From an uncultured delta proteobacterium (GTDB lineage: Bacteria > Myxococcota_A > UBA9160 > SMWR01): DNA of 64,000 nt. The position numbers and the translations under genes are program-made. How positions within the stretch are numbered: the stretch's first letter is position 1; every line of letters begins with the position of its first letter. The DNA lies in assembly GCA_963832165.1 (NCBI GenBank), contig CAWHTE010000011.1, positions 96,001 to 160,000 on the forward strand. Direction: 5' to 3'. Below, piece by piece: positions 52,915-62,627 of this stretch. A model generated the notes under the pieces. That model worked only from the letters and a program-made list of their open reading frames with translations, ran no database searches and was not told where the DNA came from.

Positions 52915-53676
52915 ATGGGTGGCGAAGATCGGCCGGGCGGTGAGCTCCCGCGCAGCCTCGAGCTCCTCTGGCGGCGTGCCGACCGCGGGCGCCGTGCGCC
53001 CAGGCAGGCGCTCTCGCTCGAGCGGATCGTCTCGGCGGCGATCGAGATCGCCGACGTCGACGGCATCGCCGCGCTCTCGATGGCGCGCCTCGCCGAGAAG
53101 CTCGGCTGTGCGCCGATGTCCCTCTATCGACACGTCGCGAGCAAGGACGAGCTGCAGGTGTTCATGATGGACACTGCGCCGGGTCCGCCGCCGGCGCTCG
53201 ATGCGTCGAAGGGCGACTGGCGCGCTGGGCTCGAGCGCTGGGCGCGCGAGCTGCGCGCGGTCTACTTCCAGCATCCGTGGGTGCTGCAGATCACGGGTAG
53301 CAGTCCGCCCCTCGAGCCCGGCCAGCTCGCCTGGCTCGACTGCGGCCTCGGCGTGCTGCGCGGCACCCGCCTGCGCCCCGCGCAACGGCTCTCCGTGGTG
53401 ATGCTCTTGCTCTACTACGTACGCGGCGAGGCGCAGCTCGCGGTCGCGCGCGCGCATCCGGGCGGCCCGCATGACGACGCGGAGTCGATGGCCGCGTACG
53501 GCAACATGCTGGCCCGGCTCGTCGAGCCAGAGCGCTTCCCGGCACTTGCCGAGCTGGTTGCGGCGGGCGGATTCGACCCGGGCCCCAGCGATGGCGGCGC
53601 AGATCCGGAGTTCGACTTCGGGCTCGCGCGCGTGCTCGACGGAATCGAGCAGCTCGTCGACGCCGCGCGCCGCTAG
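52915..53676 (+). CDS. TetR family regulator (TetR_C type)
   Basis: LSMARLAEKLGCAPMSLYRHV HTH and FDFGLARVLDGI motifs. Confidence 0.93.
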   Translation: MGGEDRPGGELPRSLELLWRRADRGRRAPRQALSLERIVSAAIEIADVDGIAALSMARLAEKLGCAPMSLYRHVASKDELQVFMMDTAPGPPPALDASKGDWRAGLERWARELRAVYFQHPWVLQITGSSPPLEPGQLAWLDCGLGVLRGTRLRPAQRLSVVMLLLYYVRGEAQLAVARAHPGGPHDDAESMAAYGNMLARLVEPERFPALAELVAAGGFDPGPSDGGADPEFDFGLARVLDGIEQLVDAARR

Positions 53677-53698
53677 GTCGCCGCCAGGCCACTCCGGC

Positions 53699-54364
53699 TC
53701 AGCGGCGCCGCTTCAGCACCAGCGTGGCGCCCTGTCGATGCATGTCGAAGCGATTCAGGAAGCTCATGCCGAGCAGACCGATCGGGAGCGTCTCGTTGTC
53801 GATCACGACCGCCTCGACGTCGCGCTCCGTCGTCGTGCCGATCCGCACCGAATCGAGCGAAACGCGCCACCCGCGGACCACTCCGTTCACGGTCATGCTC
53901 TGGACCTGCGCGCCGCTCTGGTAGTCGAGGCCGATCCGGTCCGCATGCGCGCGCGAGAGCGCCGTCCACGTCGATCCCGTATCGACGATGAAGCGCAGCG
54001 GGGTTCCGTTCACGGCGCCGCTCGCCATGAAGTGTCCTCCCGCGTCGGCGAGCAGCGTCAGGCTCTCCGCAGCGTCGTCGCTGGTCGAGCCCCGGTACGC
54101 CACGAGCGGCAGCGTCTTCGCGACGCCATGGATCCGGACCACGGCGCTGCGGCGGTTCGCCTCGATCAGCGTGACGCCCTCGACCGTCCCGCCGACCTCG
54201 ATCGTCACGGGCGATCCGCCCCCGATCACGAGATCGGCGGAGGACCCCGGAGAGATCGCGACGACCTGCACGTCGCTGTCCGCCGTGCCGGCCAACGAAC
54301 CGACCAGCAGCGCGGCGACCAGCACGGACCAGCAGACGGAGAGCGGCGCGTTGCGTATCGACAC
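53699..54364 (-). CDS. Retropepsin-like aspartic protease (TIGR02281-like)
   Basis: GHF...VNG, FIVDTGST and LLGMSFL motifs. Confidence 0.9.
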   Translation of the reverse strand: MSIRNAPLSVCWSVLVAALLVGSLAGTADSDVQVVAISPGSSADLVIGGGSPVTIEVGGTVEGVTLIEANRRSAVVRIHGVAKTLPLVAYRGSTSDDAAESLTLLADAGGHFMASGAVNGTPLRFIVDTGSTWTALSRAHADRIGLDYQSGAQVQSMTVNGVVRGWRVSLDSVRIGTTTERDVEAVVIDNETLPIGLLGMSFLNRFDMHRQGATLVLKRRR

Positions 54365-54440
54365 ACGCGCAGCCTACGCGTCCAGCGACCCCCGCGTCAA
54401 TTCGAGCGGTGCACCGAGCCCGCGTGTTCGTAGGAGGAGG

Positions 54441-54635
54441 CTAGTTCTCCTCTTCTTCCTCTTCCTCGTCATCACCCATCCTGCTCTGGCGCTCGCGGCG
54501 CTGGCGCTCCAACTCCTGATCCTGTTGCTTGCGCTCTTTGCCCTCGTCCGATCGGCCCGGCTGACCCGGCCGCGGTCCCGGTATCGGGCTGCCGCCTTGA
54601 TTCGGATTCGGAGTGAACTTCCCCTTTCGCGCCAT
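54441..54635 (-). CDS. Small disordered protein (64 aa) with an acidic tail
   Basis: Strong RBS AAAGGAG before ATG 54635; ends GDDEEEEEEEN. Confidence 0.6.
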   Translation of the reverse strand: MARKGKFTPNPNQGGSPIPGPRPGQPGRSDEGKERKQQDQELERQRRERQSRMGDDEEEEEEEN

Positions 54636-54879
54636 GATGAACTCCTTTCGACTTTCGTCTCGACCGTCGGCGACGGTCACCCACGAATGGTGCACGAAGT
54701 GCGCCAATCCTTTCGCGGGGTTGCGCGCGCACGAGGTGGCGCGCGAGCGATCGCGTGTTGAAAAAAGCGCCTGACGAGCGCTGAGGTGGCCGCGAATCCG
54801 CCAGGCGGTGCAAGTTCTACATCGCGTGGAACACCCTTCCGCGGATGCCCGGCGGGCACGCCGCGGCGGCGCCGCGCCG

Positions 54880-54895
54880 TGGCACGCTGCTTGCT
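54880..54895 (+). promoter_or_regulatory. Sigma54 -24/-12 promoter
   Basis: TGGCAC-GCTGC-TTGCT, matching the consensus. Confidence 0.75.
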
Positions 54896-54923
54896 TTTGC
54901 ACATCGATGTGTGATGTCGAAAG

Positions 54924-55745
54924 GTGAGGAAGCGAGTCATGCTGTTTTCCGCCGAAAATGCACGCGGTGTTATTCAACTAGCACGGGATTCCGTCAGTAG
55001 TTGGCGCGGTCCAAGTCGCCCGCTCGACTGGCACGTAGACGCCGGCGGGGACGCGATCCTTCTCTTGCACGGTCTCGCGGGATCGCCGCGCATGCTGGCG
55101 CCGATGCGAAACTACCTGCACCGCGAGCTCGAGCGGCCCGCGCTCGACATCGCGCTCGGAGTCGGCTTGGGCGACATCCGCGACATGGCGATTCGCGTTC
55201 ACGACCAGCTGGCGCAGCGGGACATCCGCCACTGCGACGTGATCGGCTATTCGATGGGCGGGCTCGTTGCGGCCTATCTCGCAAAGTGTCTCGATCAGGG
55301 CCGCTGCATCCGGCGCGTCGTCACGCTCGGCACTCCGTTCCGCGGCGTACCGTGCCTGACCGATTGGCGAGGGCTTCTCGCCCGCTGGTGTCGCTCGGCC
55401 GATCAGATGCGAGCCGGCTCGGCCTTCCTCGAACAGCTGGTTCGAATTCCGCCTCCGGCGCGCACCCACTTTCTCTCGATTGCCGGCGCGGCGGATACGA
55501 TCGTTCCGCCCGAGAGCGCCCACCTCGACGGTGACGGCTGCCGCAACCTCGTGGTTCCGGGCATCTATCACTGGTCGCTTCCGACCTCGCGGCGCGTATT
55601 CCGATGCGTGAAGGAGGTTCTCGCAGCGGAGCAGGGAGCGTGGCCCACACCGCATCTCGAGGCTGCCCCGCCGGTCCGCCTCCGGTACCCGGAGTCGACC
55701 TCGACGCCGTCGGTCGGTTTCGGCCAGGTCCAGCCCGCGCGGTAG
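54924..55745 (+). CDS. Lipase/esterase-like alpha/beta hydrolase
   Basis: LLLHGL, GYSMGG, LGTPFRG and DTIVP motifs. Confidence 0.85.
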   Translation: MRKRVMLFSAENARGVIQLARDSVSSWRGPSRPLDWHVDAGGDAILLLHGLAGSPRMLAPMRNYLHRELERPALDIALGVGLGDIRDMAIRVHDQLAQRDIRHCDVIGYSMGGLVAAYLAKCLDQGRCIRRVVTLGTPFRGVPCLTDWRGLLARWCRSADQMRAGSAFLEQLVRIPPPARTHFLSIAGAADTIVPPESAHLDGDGCRNLVVPGIYHWSLPTSRRVFRCVKEVLAAEQGAWPTPHLEAAPPVRLRYPESTSTPSVGFGQVQPAR

Positions 55746-55764
55746 CGACGGTCGATGCGTTCAG

Positions 55765-56964
55765 TCAGGGCGCGACGACATCCTTTGCGGGAACGCGCTC
55801 GGGCGGACTCTCTTCGCGCGCGAGGTCGAGCGCGAGGCTGAACACGGGCTTCTCGCCGCGCCCGGACTCGACGACGTTCACGACGAGCACACCCGCTCGC
55901 GTCTCGGTCGTTTCGTGGAAGTCGAACACGATGAACCCGCGATGCGCGTGCGCGAACAGCATTCCCTCGGTCGACGTGACGCGGCTGGTCCTCGTGGCCG
56001 ATCCGCTCACGACGACCAGGCGCGCCTGATCGCCTCCGTCGAGGATCTGCAGGCTGTGGTCGTGGCCGCCTACCATCGCGAGCGGCGGATTCTCCGCGAG
56101 TACCTCTCCGAGCACCTGGACCATCTCGTGGTAGGTCGGCTCGATCATGTCCTGCAGGGTGTAGAACCGGTAGAAGATCTTGATGCCGAGGTCGATCCAC
56201 AGTCCGCGCGTGTAGCCGCCGTGCTCGCCTCCCGAGCGGATCGGATGGTGCGCCACGACGACGACGTTCTCGGCGCGGTGCTCGAGGAGCTCTGTGCGCA
56301 GGCGCGCGATGAAGTCGTCGGTGGTCGCGATGCCTTGACATACCGGGCGAACCGGCTCGGGCAGGAACCACCAGTAGAGATCCAGCGCGATCACCGTGAG
56401 TCCGCCCGCCAAGGCCCGGCTCGGCTTCGCGAGCTGTGAAACGGAGGGCCCCGGACAGCCCTCCTTGGGGTCGAAGGCGGCGTCGAGCTTCGCGTGAGAT
56501 TCGATGAACGCCTGCTGGTTCTTGAGCACGGCAGGCGTGCCCTGCTGGAACTGCGTGTAGCCCCAATCGTGATTGCCCGGAATGAACAGCTTGCGCGCGC
56601 GCGTCGCGTGGAGCTGCTGCAAGAGGATCGCCTCGCCGCGCGCCCGCGCGCGGCCCGTGCCCTGGAGACCGGCCGGGTAGATGTTGTCGCCCAGGAAGAT
56701 CGCGGTGGTGCGAGCGGGGTGTGCGTCTCCCCATTCACCGATCAGCGCGAGCGTCTCGTCCTTGGCGGCCGGTCTGCCCGCATCGCCCACGAGGATCAGC
56801 CGATGAATCGGCTCGCTCCGGAGGTCCTCGGGTTCGATGTGACCCTCGCTCCGATACGGATCGCGATCGGGCCCGAAGTCGACTCCGCGCAGCGGAGCGC
56901 GCCAGCACGCGACACCTAGCAGAGCGGCGCAAGCGGCGAGGATCGCGCAGCGGTGCGTCTTCAG
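55765..56964 (-). CDS. Metallophosphoesterase lipoprotein (start uncertain)
   Basis: GDAG, GDNIY, GNHD, HHP and GHDH motifs; GVAC lipobox. Confidence 0.88.
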   Translation of the reverse strand: MKTHRCAILAACAALLGVACWRAPLRGVDFGPDRDPYRSEGHIEPEDLRSEPIHRLILVGDAGRPAAKDETLALIGEWGDAHPARTTAIFLGDNIYPAGLQGTGRARARGEAILLQQLHATRARKLFIPGNHDWGYTQFQQGTPAVLKNQQAFIESHAKLDAAFDPKEGCPGPSVSQLAKPSRALAGGLTVIALDLYWWFLPEPVRPVCQGIATTDDFIARLRTELLEHRAENVVVVAHHPIRSGGEHGGYTRGLWIDLGIKIFYRFYTLQDMIEPTYHEMVQVLGEVLAENPPLAMVGGHDHSLQILDGGDQARLVVVSGSATRTSRVTSTEGMLFAHAHRGFIVFDFHETTETRAGVLVVNVVESGRGEKPVFSLALDLAREESPPERVPAKDVVAP

Positions 56965-57338
56965 AGAAGCTCGTTGGACTCGCGGTTCCCCGCGCCGAAC
57001 TCGCGGCGCATCACGAGTGCCAGTGCTCCCGTCGACAACACGATGATCATCACCTCGCTCACGGACGCGATCGGTGGACGAGATCGCAGCCAGAAGCCCT
57101 CCAAAAGCGATGCCGCGGCGAGCATCGTGCCGAGTGCGAGCACGACGCCGACCGTCCACGAGCGACCCAGCCAGATCGCGAGGGCGGCCGCGAACGCCAT
57201 CCCGGTCTGGAGTGCGTATGCCGCGACGAGTGCGGGATTCATTTCGGACGCGTAGAGCATGAACCCCAGCGCCGCGCGATGAACCGCGAGCCCGATCAGC
57301 AGAATCGGAATCAGGATCTGCCAGAGCGGACGGTCCAT
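56961..57338 (-). CDS. Hypothetical 4-TM membrane protein
   Basis: 125-aa hydrophobic ORF coupled to the downstream gene. Confidence 0.65.
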   Translation of the reverse strand: MDRPLWQILIPILLIGLAVHRAALGFMLYASEMNPALVAAYALQTGMAFAAALAIWLGRSWTVGVVLALGTMLAAASLLEGFWLRSRPPIASVSEVMIIVLSTGALALVMRREFGAGNRESNELL

Positions 57339-57350
57339 TCTGACGAATCG

Positions 57351-57366
57351 TGCATCGACCGTGCCA
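57351..57366 (-). promoter_or_regulatory. Sigma54-like promoter
   Basis: TGGCAC-GGTCG-ATGCA (GG-N10-GC) just upstream of ATG 57338. Confidence 0.5.
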
Positions 57367-57452
57367 TGCGCGAACGTCGCTCTCGTCGTCGATCACGCGC
57401 GAAAGCGCTGTAGTTCGCACAATTTTCGCGCCGCGATAAGGTAGGACGCGCG

Positions 57453-58061
57453 ATGACTCTCGAGGCGACCTCCGCGCCGGCCGAGCAGCTGATCGACCGG
57501 CTGATCGCGGGCGAAGAGCAGGCCTACGAAGAGCTCGTGCGCACCTACGGCGGCCGACTGCTCGCGGTGGCGCGCCGCTTCCTTCCGGTCGAGGAGGACG
57601 CGCGGGACGCGGTGCAGGACGCATTCTTGTCCGCGTTCCGGTCGATCCACCTGTTCGAGCGCCAGGCGCAGCTCTCGACCTGGCTGCACCGGATCGTCGT
57701 GAACGCGAGCCTCATGAAGTTGCGGACGCGCCGGCGCAAGCCCGAGACGTCGATCGAGGAGCTGCTGCCGGGCTATCTCGAAGACGGCCACTACGAACGC
57801 CCGGCCTCGCCCTGGCGCACCGAGGAGCTCGACCCGGCCGAGCAGAGCGAGCTGCGCGAGCTCGTGCTGCGAAGCATCCATTCGCTGCCGGAGGGACACC
57901 GTAACGTGCTGCTGTTGCGCGACATCGAAGGTCTCGACACGGAGGAGGCTGCTGAGCTGCTCCAGATCAGTCCGGGCGCCGTGAAGACTCGGCTGCACCG
58001 CGCGCGTCAGGCGCTGCGCGAGCTGCTGGAGCCGCACCTGCGGGAGGCCCCGCCGTCATGA
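57453..58061 (+). CDS. ECF sigma factor
   Basis: DARDAVQDAFL, STWLHRI and AVKTRLHRAR motifs. Confidence 0.95.
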   Translation: MTLEATSAPAEQLIDRLIAGEEQAYEELVRTYGGRLLAVARRFLPVEEDARDAVQDAFLSAFRSIHLFERQAQLSTWLHRIVVNASLMKLRTRRRKPETSIEELLPGYLEDGHYERPASPWRTEELDPAEQSELRELVLRSIHSLPEGHRNVLLLRDIEGLDTEEAAELLQISPGAVKTRLHRARQALRELLEPHLREAPPS

Positions 58062-58297
58062 AGTGCCGCGAGTTCGTCGAGTTCCTGATGGAGTACCTCG
58101 ATGGCGCGCTCGGCGAGGCGGAGCGCGACGTGTTCGAAGGCCACATCGAGGACTGTCCCGCGTGCGTGAACTATCTCGACACCTATCGCGAGACGGTTCG
58201 TCTGGGCAGCAGCGTCTGCACACCCGACGACGAGGTGCCGCCCGACGTCCCCGAAGAGCTGGTGCAGGCGATCCTCTCAGCGCGGCAGAAGCACTAG
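58058..58297 (+). CDS. zf-HC2 (ZAS) soluble anti-sigma factor
   Basis: MKC...YLDG...HIEDCPAC. Confidence 0.9.
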   Translation: MKCREFVEFLMEYLDGALGEAERDVFEGHIEDCPACVNYLDTYRETVRLGSSVCTPDDEVPPDVPEELVQAILSARQKH

Positions 58298-58322
58298 CCA
58301 CATCGTGGGCCGCTCGACGCCA

Positions 58323-59852
58323 TCAGCGCCGCAGCGCCATCCAGCGCCCGAGCCATTTCTTCACGGTCGGTGTCGCGCGCGTGCGCGTGTAGAGACCGGC
58401 TGCGCGCTTGATCCCCTCGGCCTGGGTCGGGTACGGGTGGATCACGTCGAGGAACTTGCCGAGCCCGAGCCTGGCGACGATCGCCAGCGTGACCTCGCTG
58501 ATCATCTCGCCCGCATGCGCCGCCACGATCGTGGCTCCGAGGATCTCGTCGCTGCCCTTGCGCGTGTGCACGCGCACGAATCCCTCGTCCTCGCCGTCGG
58601 TGACCGCGCGGTTCACCTGCGTGAGCGGGACGTGATAGGTGTCGACCTCGATGCCCGCCGTGCGCGCGTCGGCTTCGTACAGGCCCACGTGCGCGACCTC
58701 GGGGTCGGTGTAGGTGCACCACGGCATCACGAGCGACGACACCTTCTTGGTGCGCGCGAACAGCGCATTCTGCACCACGATCTTCGCCGCCGCGTCGGCG
58801 GCATGGGTGAACTTCCATTTCATGCAGATGTCGCCCGCAGCGTAGATGCGCGGATTCGTGGTCTGGAGGTAGTCGTTCACGTAGACACCGCGCGCCGCGT
58901 CGTAGCGCACGCCGACCGTCTCGAGCTCGAGCCCCTCCACGTTGGGCGCGCGGCCGACCCCGAGCAGGAGCTCGTCGACCACCGCGCGCTCCGTGCGGCC
59001 GTCGCGATGGCCGAAGTGGATCGCCTTCGCGGCACCGTCCTTCTCCACGCGCACGATCTTGCATCCGTTCACGACGCGGATGCCCTCGCTCTCGAAGCGC
59101 TCCTCGACGATCCGCGCCGCATCTGCGTCCTCGCGCGGCAGGATGTGCGGATCCGCGTGCAGCACGGTGACCTCGCAGCCGAGGCGGCGGAACGCCTGCG
59201 CGAGCTCACAGCCGATCGGCCCCGCGCCGATCACGCCGAGTCGGCGCGGCCGCTCGGTCAGGTTGAAGATCGTCTCGTTGGTCAGGTAGCCCGCGGCCTC
59301 GATCCCCTCGATCGGCAGCGCGATCGCGCGCGCGCCCGTCGCGATCACGGCCTTCTTGAAGCGCAGCGTCGCGCCCGCGACCTCGACGGTGTCCCTGCTC
59401 GCGAAGCGCGCGTTTCCGAGGAAGACGTCCACGCCGAGCTCGTCGCGGTAGCGCGCGGCGGAATCGTCGTGGCTGATCTGGGTGCGGACGCGGCGCATGC
59501 GCTCCATCGCGGCGCCGAAGTCGGCCTGGGCGCCGTCGGCGAGCGCGAGCCCGATCTCCTTCTGCGCGCGGCGCGCCTCGGCGACCATGCGCGAAGCGCG
59601 GATCACGCCCTTCGACGGCACGCAGCCCACGTTCAGGCAGTCGCCGCCGAGATAGTGCCGCTCGATCATCGCCACCTTGGCGCCGAGTCCGGCCGCGATC
59701 GCCGACGTGATCAGCCCCGCCGTACCCCCGCCGATCACGACCAGGTTGTAGCGGCTCGCGGGCTCGGGGTTCTTCCAGTCCGGCGGGTGCACGTTCTGCA
59801 CCAGCGCCTGATTGTGCGCGTCCATCGGCGACACCGGGGGCACTTCGAACAT
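58323..59852 (-). CDS. MerA/LpdA-like FAD-dependent disulfide oxidoreductase
   Basis: GGGTAG, GGDCLNVGCVPSK, GAGPIG and IHPYPTQAE motifs; no C-terminal Cys pair. Confidence 0.9.
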   Translation of the reverse strand: MFEVPPVSPMDAHNQALVQNVHPPDWKNPEPASRYNLVVIGGGTAGLITSAIAAGLGAKVAMIERHYLGGDCLNVGCVPSKGVIRASRMVAEARRAQKEIGLALADGAQADFGAAMERMRRVRTQISHDDSAARYRDELGVDVFLGNARFASRDTVEVAGATLRFKKAVIATGARAIALPIEGIEAAGYLTNETIFNLTERPRRLGVIGAGPIGCELAQAFRRLGCEVTVLHADPHILPREDADAARIVEERFESEGIRVVNGCKIVRVEKDGAAKAIHFGHRDGRTERAVVDELLLGVGRAPNVEGLELETVGVRYDAARGVYVNDYLQTTNPRIYAAGDICMKWKFTHAADAAAKIVVQNALFARTKKVSSLVMPWCTYTDPEVAHVGLYEADARTAGIEVDTYHVPLTQVNRAVTDGEDEGFVRVHTRKGSDEILGATIVAAHAGEMISEVTLAIVARLGLGKFLDVIHPYPTQAEGIKRAAGLYTRTRATPTVKKWLGRWMALRR

Positions 59853-59872
59853 CCCGTCTCCTCTGGCCTGCG

Positions 59873-60601
59873 CTAGGCCGAATCTCCGGTCGCCTCGGCG
59901 AGCGCGCGCCGCGCAATCCGCGTGACGAGCGCCGTGACGACCGCCGTGGCGAGCAGCCCGATCCCGAGCAACACGTACTCGGCACCGCTGCGCTCGCGCG
60001 CTGCGCCTCCCGCGAGTGCGGCGACGTCGCCGATCGCCTTGCCCAAGTAAACGTAGAGCAGCGTCCCGGGGAGCATCCCGACCGACGCGGCGAAGTAGTC
60101 GACGAAGCGCACGCTCGTGAGGCCGAGCGCGTAGTTCAGCAGATTGAACGGAAACGCCGGCGAGAGCCGCAGCAGGAAGACGATCCAACGGCCCTGGCGG
60201 CCGACCGCGCGATCGATCGCCGCGAACTTCTCGTTGCCCGCGAGGCGGCGCTCGATCGCCGCGCGCGCGAGGTAGCGCGAGACCAGGAACGCGAGCGAAG
60301 AGCCCGTCACCGCCGCCGCGAACACGTAGACGGTGCCCGCGGCCACGCCGAAGATCGCGCCGCCCGCGAGCGTCAGCAGCGAAGCGGGCGCGAACGCGAC
60401 GACTGCGAGCGCATAGCCCGCGATGAACACCGCGGGTCCCCACGCGCCGAGCCCATCCACCCACGACGCAAACGCGGGCACGTAGCCGCCCGCGGTCCGC
60501 CCCAGCACCACGAGGCCCGCGAGCGCGGCGAGGCCGATCGCGATCCGGGTCCAGGGCAGCGAGCGGGCAGGGGTGGGCTCTAGCGGTGCAGTGGTGTCCA
60601 T
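59873..60601 (-). CDS. TVP38/TMEM64 (DedA-like) membrane protein
   Basis: LTLAGGAIFG and LLRLSPAFPFNLLNYALG motifs. Confidence 0.92.
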   Translation of the reverse strand: MDTTAPLEPTPARSLPWTRIAIGLAALAGLVVLGRTAGGYVPAFASWVDGLGAWGPAVFIAGYALAVVAFAPASLLTLAGGAIFGVAAGTVYVFAAAVTGSSLAFLVSRYLARAAIERRLAGNEKFAAIDRAVGRQGRWIVFLLRLSPAFPFNLLNYALGLTSVRFVDYFAASVGMLPGTLLYVYLGKAIGDVAALAGGAARERSGAEYVLLGIGLLATAVVTALVTRIARRALAEATGDSA

Positions 60602-60653
60602 GGCCTCTCCGATGCGCGAGCGCTCCGGTGGTTTCGCGGCGAGGTGTTCCGCG

Positions 60654-61619
60654 TCAGGCGAGCGCCCCACCACAGCTCGAGCCGCTGCCGGCGGTACAGC
60701 CGAAGCAGTGCGAGTCGGTCGCGATCGGTGCGTGCTCGAGCTCCGCGAGGTCGTCGACCTCCCAGATCGTGTTCACGCGAGCGCCAAGCGGCATCTCGAG
60801 CATCTGATTGAAATCGCAGTCGTAGAGCGTGCCGTCCCAGCCCACCGACACGAGCGAGCGGCACATCAGCGCCAGGACCGTCGCGGGATTGAAGTGGTTC
60901 ACGAGCAGGCTCATGTACTCCGCGTGCTGCCCGTCGCGCTCGAGCGCGTGCGCGAAGCGCTTGATCGGCATGTTCGTGATCGCGACGAGGTGGTCGAACT
61001 CGATGCCGAAGAGCTCGCGCAGCTCGGAGCGGTAGTCCGTTTCCAACTTGGCCTGGTCTGGCGGAAGGGACGGGCCGAGCGGGTTGTACACGAGGTCGAG
61101 CCCGAGGCTGCGTCCCGGTGCGGCGTAGCCGAGCGCGTTGAGCTTCTGCAGCGCAGCGATGCTGCGCTCGAACACGCGCTTGCCGCGCTGCGCATCGACG
61201 TTCTCGCGCGTGTAGCACGGCAGCGACGCCACCACCTTCACGCCGTGCTCGGCGAGGAACTCGGCGGTGTCCTCCTGGCCGGGCTCGAACAGCACCGTGA
61301 GGTTGCAGCGGTCGATCACTTCGCGTCCGAGCGCGCGCGCCTCGCGCACGAGACCGCGGAAGTTCTCGTTCAGCTCCGGTGCGCCCCCCGTGAGGTCGAG
61401 CGTGCAGACGTCCGGGTTCGCAGCGAGCAGCTCCGTCACGCGGGCCGCGGTCGCTTCGTCCATCGCCTCCGTGCGCTTCGGCCCGGCTTCGACGTGGCAG
61501 TGATGGCACGCGAGATCGCAGCGCTTTCCGACGTTTACCTGCAGCGTCGTGACCGCGGTGCGGCGCAGCTCGGGCAGCGCGTGTTCGGCGAGCGCGGCCG
61601 CAAAGTTAGGGAGGCTCAT
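60654..61619 (-). CDS. arsS: ArsS-like radical SAM protein
   Basis: CDLACHHC, DLTGGAPEL, YDCDFNQ and C-terminal HCFGCTAGSGSSCGG. Confidence 0.85.
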   Translation of the reverse strand: MSLPNFAAALAEHALPELRRTAVTTLQVNVGKRCDLACHHCHVEAGPKRTEAMDEATAARVTELLAANPDVCTLDLTGGAPELNENFRGLVREARALGREVIDRCNLTVLFEPGQEDTAEFLAEHGVKVVASLPCYTRENVDAQRGKRVFERSIAALQKLNALGYAAPGRSLGLDLVYNPLGPSLPPDQAKLETDYRSELRELFGIEFDHLVAITNMPIKRFAHALERDGQHAEYMSLLVNHFNPATVLALMCRSLVSVGWDGTLYDCDFNQMLEMPLGARVNTIWEVDDLAELEHAPIATDSHCFGCTAGSGSSCGGALA

Positions 61620-61699
61620 CGCTTGCGGGAGAGTACCCCCTCGGGCTCGGGCGCTGCTAGGATGCCTGACCCAAGAAACCCTCTAGGAGATTCCCCCCC

Positions 61700-62611
61700 A
61701 TGAGTGAGATCCGTTTCGACGGCCGCGTGGCCGTGATCACCGGCGCCGGTGGCGGCCTCGGAAAGACCTACGCACTCGAGCTCGCTCGCCGCGGCGCGAG
61801 CGTGGTGGTGAACGACCTCGGCGGTTCGGCCGACGGACGCGGGGGCAGCGGCAGCATGGCCGACGCGACCGTGAAGGAGATCATCGAGGCCGGCGGCAAG
61901 GCGGCCGCCAACTACGATTCGGTCGCCACGCCCGAGGGCGGCAAGGCGATCATCCAGACCGCGCTCGACAACTTCGGCAAGGTCGACATCCTCGTGAACA
62001 ACGCCGGGATCCTGCGCGACAAGAGCTTCACGAAGCTCGAGCCCAAGGACCTCGAGGCGATCATCGACGTGCACCTCAAGGGCGCGTTCTTCGTGACCCA
62101 GCCCGCGTTCGCTTCGATGAAGGAGAACGGCTACGGGCGCATCGTGATGGCGTCGTCGGGTGCCGGCATCTTCGGGAACTTCGGCCAGTCGAACTACGGC
62201 GCGGCGAAGATGGGCCTCGTCGGCCTCATGAACGTGCTCGCCGTCGAGGGCGCGAAGAACAACATCAAGGTGAATACGATCGCGCCGATCGCGAAGACGC
62301 GGCTCACCGAGCAGCTGCTCGGCGGCCTGGGCGATGCGCTCGACCCGCGGTTCGTCACGCCGCTCGTGGTCTATCTCTGCTCGGAGAAGTGCGAGCTCAC
62401 GCACGAGATCTTCGACGTCGGCGGCGGCCGCTATGCGCGGATCTTCGTCGGCATGGGCAAGGGATGGGTCACGCCGAAGGGCAAGGTTCCCTCGGCCGAC
62501 GACATCTTCGACCAGATCGACGTGATCCGCGACACGCAGAGCTTCACCATCCCTACGAGCATCGCCGAGGAGACCGGGGCGATCGTCGAAGCGCTGAAGA
62601 GCCAGCAGTAG
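61700..62611 (+). CDS. SDR, MFE-2-like (R)-3-hydroxyacyl-CoA dehydrogenase
   Basis: TGAGGGLG, VVVNDLGG, NNAGILRD and GNFGQSNYGAAK motifs. Confidence 0.92.
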   Translation: MSEIRFDGRVAVITGAGGGLGKTYALELARRGASVVVNDLGGSADGRGGSGSMADATVKEIIEAGGKAAANYDSVATPEGGKAIIQTALDNFGKVDILVNNAGILRDKSFTKLEPKDLEAIIDVHLKGAFFVTQPAFASMKENGYGRIVMASSGAGIFGNFGQSNYGAAKMGLVGLMNVLAVEGAKNNIKVNTIAPIAKTRLTEQLLGGLGDALDPRFVTPLVVYLCSEKCELTHEIFDVGGGRYARIFVGMGKGWVTPKGKVPSADDIFDQIDVIRDTQSFTIPTSIAEETGAIVEALKSQQ

Positions 62612-62627
62612 GCCAGGAGACAACACC

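Noticed and set aside
58323..59852. True mercuric reductase merA
   Set aside because: It lacks the C-terminal Cys-Cys and NmerA domain, and no mer genes are nearby.
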